Of a stretch of 64,000 nucleotides of DNA, positions 27,198-37,922 are shown piece by piece. The translations under genes and the position numbers were made by a program. Position 1 is the first letter of the stretch. The number at the start of each line of letters is the position of its first letter. The notes under the pieces were generated by a model that worked only from the letters and a program-made list of their open reading frames with translations, was not told the origin of the DNA and made no database searches. This DNA is from Acidimicrobiales bacterium (GTDB taxonomy: Bacteria > Actinomycetota > Acidimicrobiia > Acidimicrobiales > SZUA-35), in assembly GCA_965216675.1 (NCBI GenBank), contig CBDCGK010000004.1:1061516-1125515 (forward strand), in the 5' to 3' direction.

Positions 27198-29239
27198 GAG
27201 GTTGAAGGCTGATCGAGTCCAAAACCTCGGGATGCGGCCACAACCGGTGCCGAGATGGCGTCGGTCGGCTCGAAACCGAAGATCCGCCCGTAGAACCACA
27301 GCTCGATTTCGAGCGAGCTGACGATGCTGTCCGCCCGTCGGAGCCCGTGGGCCTCACCGTCGAACGTGACGTAGACGTGGTCGATTCCGTTGGTCTCCAG
27401 GGCGGCCACGACAGCCTCGGACTGGCTGGGTGGAACCACCCGGTCGTCGGTGCCCTGCATGAGCAGCATCGGCGTGGCGATGGCCTCGGCCTTGTTGACC
27501 GGGGACCTCGACTCGTAGCGGTCGAGATCGTCGGGATAGGGTCCGACCAGCCAGTCGAGATAGCGGCTCTCGAACTTGTGGGTGTCGGACGCCAGCGAGG
27601 TCAGGTCGGCCACCCCGTAGAGGCTCACACCGGCCGCGAACCGGTCCGAACGGATCAGCGCCGCCATCACCGTAAGACCTCCCGACGAGCTGCCCCGAAT
27701 GGCCAACCGCTCGCCGTCGACCAGCCCCTCTTCCGCGAGGTGGGCGGCCGCGTTGATGCAATCGTCGACGTCGACCTCACCCCAGAGTCCGTGGAGGCGG
27801 TCGCGATACTGTCGGCCGAAGCCGGTCGACCCTCCGTAATTGACGTCGGCGACGGCGAAGCCCCGGCTTGTCCAGTACTGGATCTTGAGGCTCAGCTCCG
27901 GACTGTTGTGGGCTGTCGGCCCACCGTGACCGATCACGATTAGGGGCGGCTTCTCGGTCGAACCGCCGACGGTGGTGGCCTCGACCGCGGCGGCCGGAGG
28001 GTAGAAGAACATCTGGGTCGACCGGCCGTTTGACTCGAACCAGATCGGCTCGGCTACCGAGAGCCAGGCCGGATCGGCACCAACCGCCGCGGCAGGGCGA
28101 ATCGACTCGACGGAGCCCGAATCGACGTCGACACTGGTGATCTCCGGAAGCCCCGTCGGGGTTGCGGCGATCACGCTCACACCCGTCGAGCCGGTGGCGG
28201 CCATGGAGCCGATGGCGACCGGAGTGTCGGCATCGAACCCGTCACCGGATCCGAAGCCGGGTACGGGGCGGAGCGTGCCGTCGGGTTGGACGATGCCAAG
28301 CAGGTCGACCGCGTCACGGGTGATCGCGGCGACCAGCCGGCCGTCGCCCAACTCGACCCAACGGCGGGTTCCGAAAACCCAGGCCGGACCACCGATTTCG
28401 GCATCGACCAGCGTGGTGATCTCCTGCCCGGTTCCGTCCGGCCACCACCCGTGGAGGTTCCAGTGGCCGTTCTCATCGCTCGAATAGACAAGCCGACCAT
28501 CGGCGGTCCAGTCGGCCCCGTTGATCGACACCCCCGACGCAACAGTCGTCGCCGGGCCGAGAGAGACCGAGCCGCCCTCGATCGTCAGGGGGGCCACCAT
28601 CAGCGCCGTCTCGTTCCACGGCATGTTCGGGTGATCCCACTGGATCCAGCTGAGACTGCTCCCGTCGGGTGAGATTCGGGGGTCCGACACGAAATCGGGT
28701 CCGGTGACCAGCGCTTGTGGAGTCGCGTCGGGGCCGGCGGTGATCGCCACCACCTCGTTCGTCGGTTCCCCGCCCGTCGGCCCATGCGTCTCCCGAACGC
28801 ACACCACAACCGATCCGTTCGGGTGCTCGCGTCCGTCGGCGAACCGCCACTCGACCCCATCCGGAGCGGGGGCCGAGATCCGCTCGGGTTCCGACCGACC
28901 GTCGGCCGCTTCTTCGACGGGTATGCGATACAGAGCCTGATCCGAGGCCTCCACGAAGTAGGCGTGGTCACGGCCGAACCACCACGAACCGCCGCCGTAC
29001 TCGTGCACCCTCGACCGGGCCGACCACGGCGCCGGCAAACGATCACCACCGGCATCCGATACGAGCACGCATCGACCCTGTTCCAGGGGTCGGGTCTCCT
29101 GCCACCAGACATCGTCCCCGTTGACGGCCACCGACTCGACCCGGACACCGCCGGCGGCCACCAGTTCGGCGGAGATCGGCGACGGCCAGGACCCACATCG
29201 ACTCGTCGATTGCTCGGTTCCCACGACGGATTCGGCCAT
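27194..29239 (-). CDS. S9 family peptidase (prolyl oligopeptidase/acylaminoacyl peptidase-like)
   Basis: GSWPSPI, SRVHEYGGG, HGGPT, GSSSGG, QGTDDRVVPP, EAHG. Confidence 0.93.
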   Translation of the reverse strand: MAESVVGTEQSTSRCGSWPSPISAELVAAGGVRVESVAVNGDDVWWQETRPLEQGRCVLVSDAGGDRLPAPWSARSRVHEYGGGSWWFGRDHAYFVEASDQALYRIPVEEAADGRSEPERISAPAPDGVEWRFADGREHPNGSVVVCVRETHGPTGGEPTNEVVAITAGPDATPQALVTGPDFVSDPRISPDGSSLSWIQWDHPNMPWNETALMVAPLTIEGGSVSLGPATTVASGVSINGADWTADGRLVYSSDENGHWNLHGWWPDGTGQEITTLVDAEIGGPAWVFGTRRWVELGDGRLVAAITRDAVDLLGIVQPDGTLRPVPGFGSGDGFDADTPVAIGSMAATGSTGVSVIAATPTGLPEITSVDVDSGSVESIRPAAAVGADPAWLSVAEPIWFESNGRSTQMFFYPPAAAVEATTVGGSTEKPPLIVIGHGGPTAHNSPELSLKIQYWTSRGFAVADVNYGGSTGFGRQYRDRLHGLWGEVDVDDCINAAAHLAEEGLVDGERLAIRGSSSGGLTVMAALIRSDRFAAGVSLYGVADLTSLASDTHKFESRYLDWLVGPYPDDLDRYESRSPVNKAEAIATPMLLMQGTDDRVVPPSQSEAVVAALETNGIDHVYVTFDGEAHGLRRADSIVSSLEIELWFYGRIFGFEPTDAISAPVVAASRGFGLDQPSTS

Positions 29240-29257
29240 GCGGTTTCCTTTCGGCGC

Positions 29258-30460
29258 TCAGGCCGTGGCCAGGTAGTCGCCCAGCCGCTGCAGGCCCGCG
29301 CCCAGATCGTCGTCACCGAGAGCGAACGAGAATCGAACGTAGCCGGGACTGCCGAACGCCTCACCGGGCACGAACGCCACCTTGGCGTTCTCGAGCGCCA
29401 GGTCGGCCAGCTGGAGCGTCGATTCGATCGTGGTCCCCTGGACGGACTGCCCGATGAGACCCTCGAACGACGGAAAGGCGTAGAACGCACCTTCGGGGGC
29501 CAGGCACTCGACGCCGCGCATGTCCGAGAGCATCGTGTGCATCGTCTTGCGACGACGGTCGAAGGCCTCACGCATGGCGTGGACGGCGGTGAGGTCGCCG
29601 GACACCGCGGCCAGCGCGGCCTGTTGCGACACGTTGGCCACATTGGAGGTCTGGTGTGACTGCAGGCTGGTCAACGCCTTCGCCATGTCTCCGGGAGCGA
29701 TGATCCAGCCGACCCGCCACCCGGTCATGGCATAGGTCTTGGCCACGCCGTTCAACACAATGCAGCGATCAGCGAGTTCGGGGACGACGGTGACGATCGA
29801 GTGGAATTCGTTGTCGTCGTAGACGAGGTGCTCGTAGATCTCGTCGGTGAGAACCCAGATGTCGTGCTCGGCCGCCCACCGTCCGATGGCCTCGATCTGC
29901 TCCCGGCTGTAGACGGCGCCCGACGGGTTCGAGGGGCTGACGAAGATCAGCGCCTTGGTTCGATCGGTGCGAGCGGCCTCCAGGTCGTCGACCGACGCCT
30001 TGAAGCCGGTCTCGATGCTGGTCTGAACCGGAACGGCCACCCCGCCGGCCAGCGCAACGGGCTCGGGATAGGTCGTCCAGTACGGCGTGGGGATGAGCAC
30101 CTCGTCACCGTCGTCGACGACACCGGCGATGGCGTTGTACACCGCATGTTTGCCGCCGTTGGTGACCACGACCTGAGCCGGCTCGACCTCATAGCCGGAG
30201 TCCCGCAGCGTCTTGGCGGCGATGGCCTCCTTCAGCTCCGGAAGGCCACCGGCGGCGGTGTAGCGGTGGTTCTTCGGGTCGCGGCAGGCGGCAACCGCCG
30301 CCTCGACGACGTAGTCGGGAGTCGGGAAGTCGGGCTCGCCGGCCCCGAAGCCGACAACCGGCTCGCCGGCCGCCTTGAGCGCCTTGGCCTTGTTGGTGAC
30401 GGCCAGGGTTGCCGACGGGGCGATGGCAGCGACTCGGGACGATATGCGACCAGCGGTCAT
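29258..30460 (-). CDS. class I PLP-dependent (aspartate-type) aminotransferase
   Basis: [32 protein letters not shown]. Confidence 0.94.
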   Translation of the reverse strand: MTAGRISSRVAAIAPSATLAVTNKAKALKAAGEPVVGFGAGEPDFPTPDYVVEAAVAACRDPKNHRYTAAGGLPELKEAIAAKTLRDSGYEVEPAQVVVTNGGKHAVYNAIAGVVDDGDEVLIPTPYWTTYPEPVALAGGVAVPVQTSIETGFKASVDDLEAARTDRTKALIFVSPSNPSGAVYSREQIEAIGRWAAEHDIWVLTDEIYEHLVYDDNEFHSIVTVVPELADRCIVLNGVAKTYAMTGWRVGWIIAPGDMAKALTSLQSHQTSNVANVSQQAALAAVSGDLTAVHAMREAFDRRRKTMHTMLSDMRGVECLAPEGAFYAFPSFEGLIGQSVQGTTIESTLQLADLALENAKVAFVPGEAFGSPGYVRFSFALGDDDLGAGLQRLGDYLATA

Positions 30461-30584
30461 GGGATCGAGCTCCAGGTGGGTGAGGGGTTGGAATCACCCA
30501 ACAGGGTATTGGTCCCGGCCGCCAACCGCGGCGAGATTCGGCCGTCGGCTATCGCCACGCCGGGCTCGCCGCTGCCTGCCGGCT

Positions 30585-30995
30585 TCAGCCGTCAGACGGC
30601 TGGGATGCGGCCTCGAGACTGAGAGCAGCCGAGTTCATGCAGAACCGGTCGCCCGTCGGCTGCGGGCCGTCGGGGAACACGTGACCGAGATGAGCGCCGC
30701 ATGTCGCGCACTTCACCTCGGTGCGCACCATCCCATACGAACGATCTTCCTCGGTCGTCACGGCGTCGGGGCTGACCGGTTGGTAGAAGCTCGGCCAACC
30801 CGAACCCGACTCGTACTTCGTCTCGCTCGAGAACAGCGGCTCGTTGCAAACCACACAGTTGTAGACCCCGGGGGTCTTCGTGTCGGCGTAGATACCGGTG
30901 AAGGCCCGTTCGGTGCCGGCGTTCTGGGTGACCTCGTACTGCTCGGGGGTCAGGCGCTCGCGGAGTTCGTCTTCGGTAAAGGTCTTCTTGGCCAT
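30585..30995 (-). CDS. msrB: peptide-methionine (R)-S-oxide reductase
   Basis: [32 protein letters not shown]. Confidence 0.97.
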   Translation of the reverse strand: MAKKTFTEDELRERLTPEQYEVTQNAGTERAFTGIYADTKTPGVYNCVVCNEPLFSSETKYESGSGWPSFYQPVSPDAVTTEEDRSYGMVRTEVKCATCGAHLGHVFPDGPQPTGDRFCMNSAALSLEAASQPSDG

Positions 30996-31075
30996 AACTG
31001 CCTTTCAGGCTAACGATGATGGGGACTCGACCGGGTTGCGGTCGACGCGTACGGCGGTCCCTCGACGCAGAGTGA

Positions 31076-31101
31076 AACACCGTGCTGGTGGCTCCGATTC
31101 C
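31076..31101 (-). promoter_or_regulatory. SigR/SigH-type promoter GGAAT-N18-GTT upstream of msrB
   Basis: Exact consensus and spacing on the minus strand; msrB is a typical target. Confidence 0.7.
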
Positions 31102-31134
31102 CGTGTTTCGCCGGTGTTTAGGATGACGGTCGGA

Positions 31135-32103
31135 TCAGGAGACCCGACGGGCGTCCTCGACCAGATTGATGTCGTACAGAACCTGATCCAACAGGTTGCC
31201 GGCTTCGATCGGGGCGAATCGTTGCGGGTTGTCCGGGTTGATGCACGAGGGCACCGGCGCCAGGATCGTCCACGGCGTCGGGTGGCAGAACTGCACCACC
31301 GAGTATCGATCGCCGGGCTGATCGGGATCGGCCACCACGCGATGGATTCCCTGGGGAATGGCGCCGTTGGTGATGTGCTCCAACATGATGCCGGTGTTGA
31401 TGATCACCCCGTCATCGGGAGGAATGGCGTCGACCCAACCGTCGTCGGTCTTGACCTGCAGACCTCGACTGGTGGCTCGCGGCAAGGCCGTTATCAGGTT
31501 GATGTCACCGTGTTCGGCGGCCCACACGTGATCGTCGCCCGGGGCCAGATCCATGGCCGGGTAGTGGATGGCCCGGGTCAGTGTGGTGCCGTTGGTGATC
31601 ATCTGGTCGAAGAACGACTCGTGGCAACCTATTCCGACTGCGATCACCCGCAGGAATCGACGCTGGAGGTCGAGCACCCGGTCGTAGAAGTGGGTCAGGA
31701 CCTTCGTGATGCCGGCGACCTGGTCCTCGGGTAGGTGCGGGCCGAGATAGCGGTGGGGGTACATCTTCTGGAGTGGATGACCGGCGGGGATGTCGACGCC
31801 CCAGTTGAGCATCTCCTTCCAGTCCGGTGTATCGCTGATCGCCGCCGTCTCGACGAGTAGTCCCGTGTAGCCCGCCTGACCGTGGGAACCGGGAACGACG
31901 GCTGCGGCCTTCTCCTCGGCCGGCAGGCTGAAGAACTGCTGCAGCATGCCGTAGGCCTCGTCGAGCATGGTGGCGCTCAGATCGTGACTGGTGTAGACGA
32001 AGCCGGTCGTCAGGCTGGATCGGACCGCGTCGACCACGGCCGCCCGCTGGGACTCCGTGCCGTTCTCGAAGGCCAACAGGTCGACGTCGAGGATGCCGCT
32101 CAT
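31135..32103 (-). CDS. isopenicillin N synthase-family 2OG-Fe(II) oxygenase
   Basis: HGD..H iron triad (EHGDINLIT...IHRV) and RYS motif. Confidence 0.9.
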   Translation of the reverse strand: MSGILDVDLLAFENGTESQRAAVVDAVRSSLTTGFVYTSHDLSATMLDEAYGMLQQFFSLPAEEKAAAVVPGSHGQAGYTGLLVETAAISDTPDWKEMLNWGVDIPAGHPLQKMYPHRYLGPHLPEDQVAGITKVLTHFYDRVLDLQRRFLRVIAVGIGCHESFFDQMITNGTTLTRAIHYPAMDLAPGDDHVWAAEHGDINLITALPRATSRGLQVKTDDGWVDAIPPDDGVIINTGIMLEHITNGAIPQGIHRVVADPDQPGDRYSVVQFCHPTPWTILAPVPSCINPDNPQRFAPIEAGNLLDQVLYDINLVEDARRVS

Positions 32104-32132
32104 GGTGTCCAAGCGTACCTTCGGCTCGGCTG

Positions 32133-32498
32133 TCAGCCCATTCGACCGCTGATCACGGGAATGACGACGATGACCAGCGCGGCCACCGACACCGCGGCCA
32201 CGGCAACCGCCATGGCCGCCCGTTCCCGGCCGAGACCGGCGCGGAACAACAGGAGCCACTCACCAGTGGCCGAACGGGGCTGGGCAACCGGTTCGCAATC
32301 GGTCGGCGGTTCGAGTTCGAGCACCCGCCGCCGCGCCGTCTGCTGCGCGCCTCCGCTACGGGTCGACGTCCGCAACCGGGACGACCGGTACGAGGCTCCG
32401 GGCACCGACGGCCGTGGCCGCAACGGTGGTGCCGGCCGCCGGCTTCGATGAGTTGGTGGAGGATATGACATGACGAGATCCATGGTGGGATCCGCCAC
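32133..32498 (-). CDS. hypothetical protein with C-terminal TM helix
   Basis: Arg/Pro-rich N-terminus and hydrophobic C-terminus; start uncertain. Confidence 0.5.
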   Translation of the reverse strand: MADPTMDLVMSYPPPTHRSRRPAPPLRPRPSVPGASYRSSRLRTSTRSGGAQQTARRRVLELEPPTDCEPVAQPRSATGEWLLLFRAGLGRERAAMAVAVAAVSVAALVIVVIPVISGRMG

Positions 32499-32567
32499 GG
32501 GATCGGACCATGGGTCATGTCTCGGCCCCTACCGGGCCGAACGGCTCACGCCGCGTCGATACCGGAT

Positions 32568-33119
32568 CTAGGACTCGGTGATCGTCACCGACTCGATGAC
32601 GACATCGGTCTTCGGGCGATCGCCGGGGCCGGTCGGCACCTTCTCCATGGCATCGACCACGTCGAGACCGTTGACGACCTTGCCGAACAGCGAGTACTGG
32701 GGCGGAAGGCCCATGCCGCTCGGGCCGCTGATGATGAAGAACTGGCTGCCGTTGGTGTTGGGGCCGGCGTTGGCCATGGCCAGCGAACCGAGTTCGTAGC
32801 GGCCGGGTTTCGGCAGCTCATCGGCAAATCGGTAGCCGGGACCGCCGCGGCCGGAGCCCTCGGGGCAGCCGCCTTGACACACGAATCCCTGGATGATGCG
32901 GTGGAAGATCAACCCGTCGTAGTAGTGGTAGCGGGCGAGGCTGACGAAGTTGTTGACCGTCTTGGGGGCGGCCACCGGGTCGAGGGCGATGGTCAGGGTT
33001 CCCATGCTCGTCACCATCTCGGCGGTGTAGGTCTTCGACGGGTCGATACACATGTCGAACTCGCCGTCGAAGCTGGTCTGGCGAGGGCTTGATCCGTCGG
33101 GTGCGGGGCACTCGGGCAC
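32568..33119 (-). CDS. cyclophilin-type peptidyl-prolyl isomerase
   Basis: APKTVNNF, FHRII, LAMANAGPNTNGSQFFI; AAGGAG RBS. Confidence 0.95.
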   Translation of the reverse strand: MPECPAPDGSSPRQTSFDGEFDMCIDPSKTYTAEMVTSMGTLTIALDPVAAPKTVNNFVSLARYHYYDGLIFHRIIQGFVCQGGCPEGSGRGGPGYRFADELPKPGRYELGSLAMANAGPNTNGSQFFIISGPSGMGLPPQYSLFGKVVNGLDVVDAMEKVPTGPGDRPKTDVVIESVTITES

Positions 33120-33191
33120 GGGGTTCTCCTTGGGTAGCGTCGGAGCGATCACCCTAACGGCTCCCCCGCCGATCCCCGCTCCCGGGGGCGC

Positions 33192-33782
33192 TCAGCTACC
33201 GGTGTAGGTGGCGATATAGGGGAGGTTCCGGTACTTCTGACGGGCGTCGAGCCCGTAGCCGACGACAAAGGCCGGAGGGAGGCTGAAGCCGACGTAGTCG
33301 ATGTCGAGATCGTCGTTGTGGTTGCCCTGGCGGAGCAGCAAGGCGCAGGTGCGCACGCTCGCCGGCTGCTTCGCCTCGAGGTAGCCCATCAGGTAGCGCA
33401 ACGTCAGTCCGGAGTCGACGATGTCCTCCACCAGCACCACGTGCCTGCCGGCGATCTCGTTGTCGAGGTCCTTGAGGATCTTGACCACGCCGGTGCTCGT
33501 CGTCTCCTTGCCGTAGGACGAAACCGCCAGGAAGTCGATCTCCACCGGCCCCCCGATGGCACGCATCAGATCGGCGATGAAGATCACGCTGCCTTTCAGG
33601 ACACCGACCAGCAGGGGCACCTCACCGGCCAGGTCGGCTGTGATCTGGGAGCCGATCTCGTGTGTGCGCTGCACGATCTCGGCTTCGGTGACCAGCACTT
33701 CGCCCACCTCGTCGGCCGGCGGATACGACGCCGGACCCGACGGGGCCTCGGCTGCCGGCGGCGGTTCTCGATCGGAGGCCAC
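33192..33782 (-). CDS. hpt: hypoxanthine phosphoribosyltransferase
   Basis: VLKGS, VEDIVDSGLTL, FVVGYGLD..YRNLPYI. Confidence 0.96.
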   Translation of the reverse strand: MASDREPPPAAEAPSGPASYPPADEVGEVLVTEAEIVQRTHEIGSQITADLAGEVPLLVGVLKGSVIFIADLMRAIGGPVEIDFLAVSSYGKETTSTGVVKILKDLDNEIAGRHVVLVEDIVDSGLTLRYLMGYLEAKQPASVRTCALLLRQGNHNDDLDIDYVGFSLPPAFVVGYGLDARQKYRNLPYIATYTGS

Positions 33783-33786
33783 TGCG

Positions 33787-34572
33787 TCAGCGTCCGGTGA
33801 ACTCGGCGTTGCCGGCGCCGGACTCGAGGAAGCTGGTGATACCGATGACAGCGTCGTCGGTCTGGAAGCAGTTGACGAACTCGTTCTGCTCCACGTCGAG
33901 CGCGGCCTGGATGGTCAGGTCGGCACCGTTCTGGATGGCCCGCTTCATGTTGGCCAGCGAGGCCGGGCCGGGGGCGTACTGCGCCGCCATCTCGAGCGCA
34001 CGGTCGAACACCTCCTCGTCGGGATGCACGGCCGATACGAGTCCGATCTCGAGGGCCTCGGAGGCCGGCACCATGCGGCCGCTGTAGTTGAGCTCCTTCG
34101 ACTTGGTGACGCCGACCAGGCGGGTGAGGCGCTGGGTTCCGCCGGCGCCGGGGATGAGGCCGAGGAGGACCTCCGGCTGCCCGAACTGGGCCGATTCGCC
34201 GCAAACCCGGAAGTCGGTCGTCATCGCCAGCTCACAGCCCCCACCGAGGGCGAACCCGTTGACGGCGGCGACCGTTATCTGCGGGAGCCGCTCGAGCGCG
34301 TTGTAGGCGTCGTTCATGACCTTGACCAGCGGTGACGGGTCGCGGTGGCCGTCGTTGGTCGGGAATTCGGAGATGTCGGCCCCGGCCGCGAAGAAACGGG
34401 GTCCGCCCCACAGCACGGCGGCCCGCACGTCGGAACGTTCGCCCAGCTCGGCCACCACCTCACCGAGTTCGGAGCAAAGCTGCCGGTTGAGGGCGTTGAC
34501 CTTCGGCCTGTCCAGGCGGATCACGGCCACGCCGTCGACCGACGATTCCTCCAGGCGAACATATTCTCCCAT
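33787..34572 (-). CDS. enoyl-CoA hydratase/isomerase
   Basis: [33 protein letters not shown]. Confidence 0.94.
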   Translation of the reverse strand: MGEYVRLEESSVDGVAVIRLDRPKVNALNRQLCSELGEVVAELGERSDVRAAVLWGGPRFFAAGADISEFPTNDGHRDPSPLVKVMNDAYNALERLPQITVAAVNGFALGGGCELAMTTDFRVCGESAQFGQPEVLLGLIPGAGGTQRLTRLVGVTKSKELNYSGRMVPASEALEIGLVSAVHPDEEVFDRALEMAAQYAPGPASLANMKRAIQNGADLTIQAALDVEQNEFVNCFQTDDAVIGITSFLESGAGNAEFTGR

Positions 34573-34687
34573 GGGGCCTCCCGTTCGGGTGATGAACTCC
34601 GTCGAGACTACCCGCTCGGTCGACCATGGTCGAGCCGTCTGTCACCACCCTGAGGAGCCCCAGCCGGCTGCTCACTACGATGGAGCC

Positions 34688-36268
34688 GTGGTCCAGCAAC
34701 AGAGAGAACGCCAGATCAATCACCTCGATGGAGGCGACTTCGACGCCTTCGTCATCGGGGGCGGCATCAACGGGGCGGTCAGCGCGGCGGCGTTGGCCGG
34801 CCGCGGCCTGTCGGTCGGCCTGGCCGAACAGGGGGACTTCGGCGGCTTCACCAGTCAGGAGTCGTCGAATCTCGTCTGGGGCGGCTTCACCTACCTGAAG
34901 AACTACGAGATTCCCCTCGTCTACAAGCTCAGCAGATCACGAAACAAGCTGATGGACGCCTACCCGACAGTCGTCAGCGAGCTGCCCTTCTTCGCCACGC
35001 TCGACGACTCGTCACCGTTCCCGTCGTGGCTGGCCGGAGCCGGCAGTCTCGCCTACTGGGGTCTGGGAATGGCACAGACCCGACCCCCTCGTTACCACCG
35101 GGCGTCGACGATCAACGAGATCGAGCCGATCGTCAACACCGTCAGTGCCGACGCCGCGATCGAGTACGCGGACGGGTACCTGAAGGACAACGACGCCCGG
35201 TTCGTGTGGCTGTTCATCCGTTCCGCGCTCGACCTCGGGGCGACGGTGGCCAACTACGTCACCGTCACCGGAGCCCGGCAGGAACCGGGAGGCGGCTGGC
35301 GGATCGACCTGAGGGAGAACGCCACCGGCCGCAACCTCCAGGTGTCGACGAAGGTACTGGTCAACGCGGCCGGGCCGCTGAGCAACAAACTCAACCGCGA
35401 CCTCGGCATCACCACCAAACACAAGGTCGTGTTCTCCAAGGGCATTCACCTGGTCGTCCCCCAGCTGACGGCCAGTGAGCGGGTTCTGGCCTTCTTCGAC
35501 GACACCCAGCGGCTCTTCTATGTCATTCCGATGGCCCATCGATCCGTGATCGGAACCACCGACACCAGGACCGACAATCCTCGCGAGCCGATCACCGACG
35601 ACGACCGGCACTTCCTGCTGGAGCAGATCAACGCCCGCCTCAATCTGGCCCGACCGTTGACGACCGACGACATCATCGCCGAACGCAACGGTGTCCGCCC
35701 CCTGGTCGTCGAGCAGAGCAACGACGATCACGCCGAGACCGATTGGACGGCGTTGAGTCGTAAACACGAGGTCGAATTCGACCGCAGCCGCCAGGTGGTG
35801 ACGATCTTCGGTGGCAAGCTGACCGACTGCCTCAATGTGGGCGACGAGGTGGTCGATGCGGCGCGGAAACTGGGCCTGGAACCCGGGCCGGAGCGACGCT
35901 GGTACGGCGAGCCGTCGGACGCCGAACGGGTCGCGTTCTTCCAGGAGGCGGCCTCGGTCGGCCTCGATCGTCAACCGGAGGTGGAACGAGCCCGGTCGAT
36001 GGCCGAGGTCCTGTGGCGACGTCACGGCCATGCCGCCCACGACGTCGTCGAAGCGATCCGCTCCGACCGTGACCTGGCCGACCCCATCATGGCCGAATCC
36101 GACGTGCTGGCGGCCGAGGTGCCGCTCCACCTGGAACGGGAGATGGTCGTCGAACTCGACGACCTGTTACGCCGGCGGACCAAACTCGCCTTGATCCACC
36201 CGGCCGACAAACTGGCCACCGAGCCCGGCATCAGCGACATCGGCCGCACCCTGCTGGGGCTGAGCTGA
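34688..36268 (+). CDS. glpD: FAD-dependent glycerol-3-phosphate dehydrogenase/oxidase family
   Basis: IGGGING, TSQESSNLVWGG, DARF, NAAGP, KGIHLV, GVRPL, GGKLT; TACGAT-N6-GTG. Confidence 0.85.
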   Translation: MVQQQRERQINHLDGGDFDAFVIGGGINGAVSAAALAGRGLSVGLAEQGDFGGFTSQESSNLVWGGFTYLKNYEIPLVYKLSRSRNKLMDAYPTVVSELPFFATLDDSSPFPSWLAGAGSLAYWGLGMAQTRPPRYHRASTINEIEPIVNTVSADAAIEYADGYLKDNDARFVWLFIRSALDLGATVANYVTVTGARQEPGGGWRIDLRENATGRNLQVSTKVLVNAAGPLSNKLNRDLGITTKHKVVFSKGIHLVVPQLTASERVLAFFDDTQRLFYVIPMAHRSVIGTTDTRTDNPREPITDDDRHFLLEQINARLNLARPLTTDDIIAERNGVRPLVVEQSNDDHAETDWTALSRKHEVEFDRSRQVVTIFGGKLTDCLNVGDEVVDAARKLGLEPGPERRWYGEPSDAERVAFFQEAASVGLDRQPEVERARSMAEVLWRRHGHAAHDVVEAIRSDRDLADPIMAESDVLAAEVPLHLEREMVVELDDLLRRRTKLALIHPADKLATEPGISDIGRTLLGLS

Positions 36269-36290
36269 CGGTCGGTCCGGTCGGGAACCG

Positions 36291-37073
36291 CTAGGTGCGA
36301 TCGCCGGGCAGGTGACCCCGGCGATGGCCACCCTGCCAGTCCTCCTGTTGCGGGGCATCGCTGACACCACCGAGGATCGTCAGCTGCGGCACTTCACGCA
36401 TGCTGCGCTTCAACTCGGCGAAACCGGGGAACGTGGCCAGGGTGGTCACGGCGTCCCACAGGCGCACGGCATCGGCGTCGGACGGAACCCGTGAGATGAC
36501 CGGACCGAAGAAGGACATGGCTTCGGCGGTGTCAGGCCGGAACGTGATGATCGGGGTTCCCACGTCACGGCCGGTCCGGGTGAGGGCCAGCTCACCCTCG
36601 GCATCGAGCTGGTCGTCCCACGACGCGTCGTCCAGCGCCGACACGTAATCGGTCGAGATTCCCGCCGCGGTCAGAACCTCCGCCACGTGCTCGGGGGTGC
36701 TGAGGCGGGCGCGCATCCCCGAACCCTGCGGCTTGTCCCAGAAACTCCGTCCGTAGGCGGCGACGACCGGGCCCAGTGCGTCACGACCCTCCTGCTCTCG
36801 GATTGCCGCGGCCACGCGCAACATGCGCAGACCGGCTGTGTGGCCCTCCTCGTACTCGGGTGGGAACTCCGTGGCGTAGTCCTTGTCCTTGTTGATCAGG
36901 CGCAGCGAGATGAAGCGCCAGTCGACGGAGAAGCTCCGCTGGGCGGCCACCTTCTCGATCCAGCGGGAGGTGATCCAGGAGAACGGGCAGACGGGATCCC
37001 AGAAGAACTCGATGTCGTAGCCGGCTTCGGGGGAGGCGGCGGTCTGCGATGCTTCGGTCGTTGTATCGGTCAC
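36291..37073 (-). CDS. DsbA-like mycoredoxin / mycothiol-dependent nitroreductase (Rv2466c family)
   Basis: FFWDPVCPFSWITSRW, DVGTP, FFGPVISRVP, FAELKR. Confidence 0.88.
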   Translation of the reverse strand: MTDTTTEASQTAASPEAGYDIEFFWDPVCPFSWITSRWIEKVAAQRSFSVDWRFISLRLINKDKDYATEFPPEYEEGHTAGLRMLRVAAAIREQEGRDALGPVVAAYGRSFWDKPQGSGMRARLSTPEHVAEVLTAAGISTDYVSALDDASWDDQLDAEGELALTRTGRDVGTPIITFRPDTAEAMSFFGPVISRVPSDADAVRLWDAVTTLATFPGFAELKRSMREVPQLTILGGVSDAPQQEDWQGGHRRGHLPGDRT

Positions 37074-37082
37074 CTGTGAAGT

Positions 37083-37108
37083 ATCCCACGTGGGAGCCCG
37101 ATTATTCC
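37083..37108 (-). promoter_or_regulatory. SigR/SigH-like promoter GGAAT-N18-GAT with internal palindrome TCCCACGTGGGA
   Basis: One mismatch to consensus; Rv2466c is SigH-controlled in mycobacteria. Confidence 0.5.
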
Positions 37109-37166
37109 GGCCGATGGGCAGGCGCCGAACTTCCCGCTCGACGCTTTCAGGCTGTTTACTGGTCGG

Positions 37167-37892
37167 ATGGGACCACCGGCCGTATCCGTCGTCGACTTCC
37201 ACTTCGACATCATGTGCCCCTACGCGTACCAGACGTCGCGGTGGATCCGCCGTGTTCGCGACCGCAATGGCCTGACGATCAACTGGCGGTTTTTCAGCCT
37301 CGAGGAGATCAATCGGCGCGACGGCAAGAAACACCCGTGGGAACGGGAGTGGAGCTACGGCTGGTCGCTGCTGCGGATCGCCGCCCACCTCGGGCGGACC
37401 GAACCCGAGCTGGTCGACCGTTGGTACGACGCCGCCGGGCGGGCGCTCCACGAGGAAGGGCGTAAGGCCCACGACCGGGAGACCGCAACGGCCCTGGCCA
37501 TCGAGATCGGCCTGGACGGCGATGTGGTGGCCGAAGCGATCGCCGATCCGTCGACCAACGACATCGTGCTGTCGGATCACCAACGGGTCGTGGACGCCGG
37601 AGGATACGGGGTGCCGACGCTGTTCTTCCCCGAGTTCGACGACCACTGCCTGTTCGGCCCGGTGCTCATCAACCCACCCGACGGTGCGGCGGCGATACGG
37701 CTCTGGGATGCCGTCACCGCGTGGCTCGAGTTCCCCGACCTGTACGAACTCCAGCAACCCAAGACCAAGTACCACGAACAGCGGATCACCGCCTCGTTCG
37801 AAACCTACCTCAACGCCCGCGATTGGGTCAGCATCAACCGGGGCAAGGTCGTCGAGTTCACCGACGACGGCTTCCAGGCCACCGAGTTCTGA
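37167..37892 (+). CDS. DsbA-family protein, second Rv2466c-like paralog
   Basis: FHFDIMCPYAYQTSRW, WRFFSL, YGVPT, LFGPV, LWD. Confidence 0.85.
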   Translation: MGPPAVSVVDFHFDIMCPYAYQTSRWIRRVRDRNGLTINWRFFSLEEINRRDGKKHPWEREWSYGWSLLRIAAHLGRTEPELVDRWYDAAGRALHEEGRKAHDRETATALAIEIGLDGDVVAEAIADPSTNDIVLSDHQRVVDAGGYGVPTLFFPEFDDHCLFGPVLINPPDGAAAIRLWDAVTAWLEFPDLYELQQPKTKYHEQRITASFETYLNARDWVSINRGKVVEFTDDGFQATEF

Positions 37893-37922
37893 CCACTGGA
37901 ACCGACGAAGGAGCACCCACCA

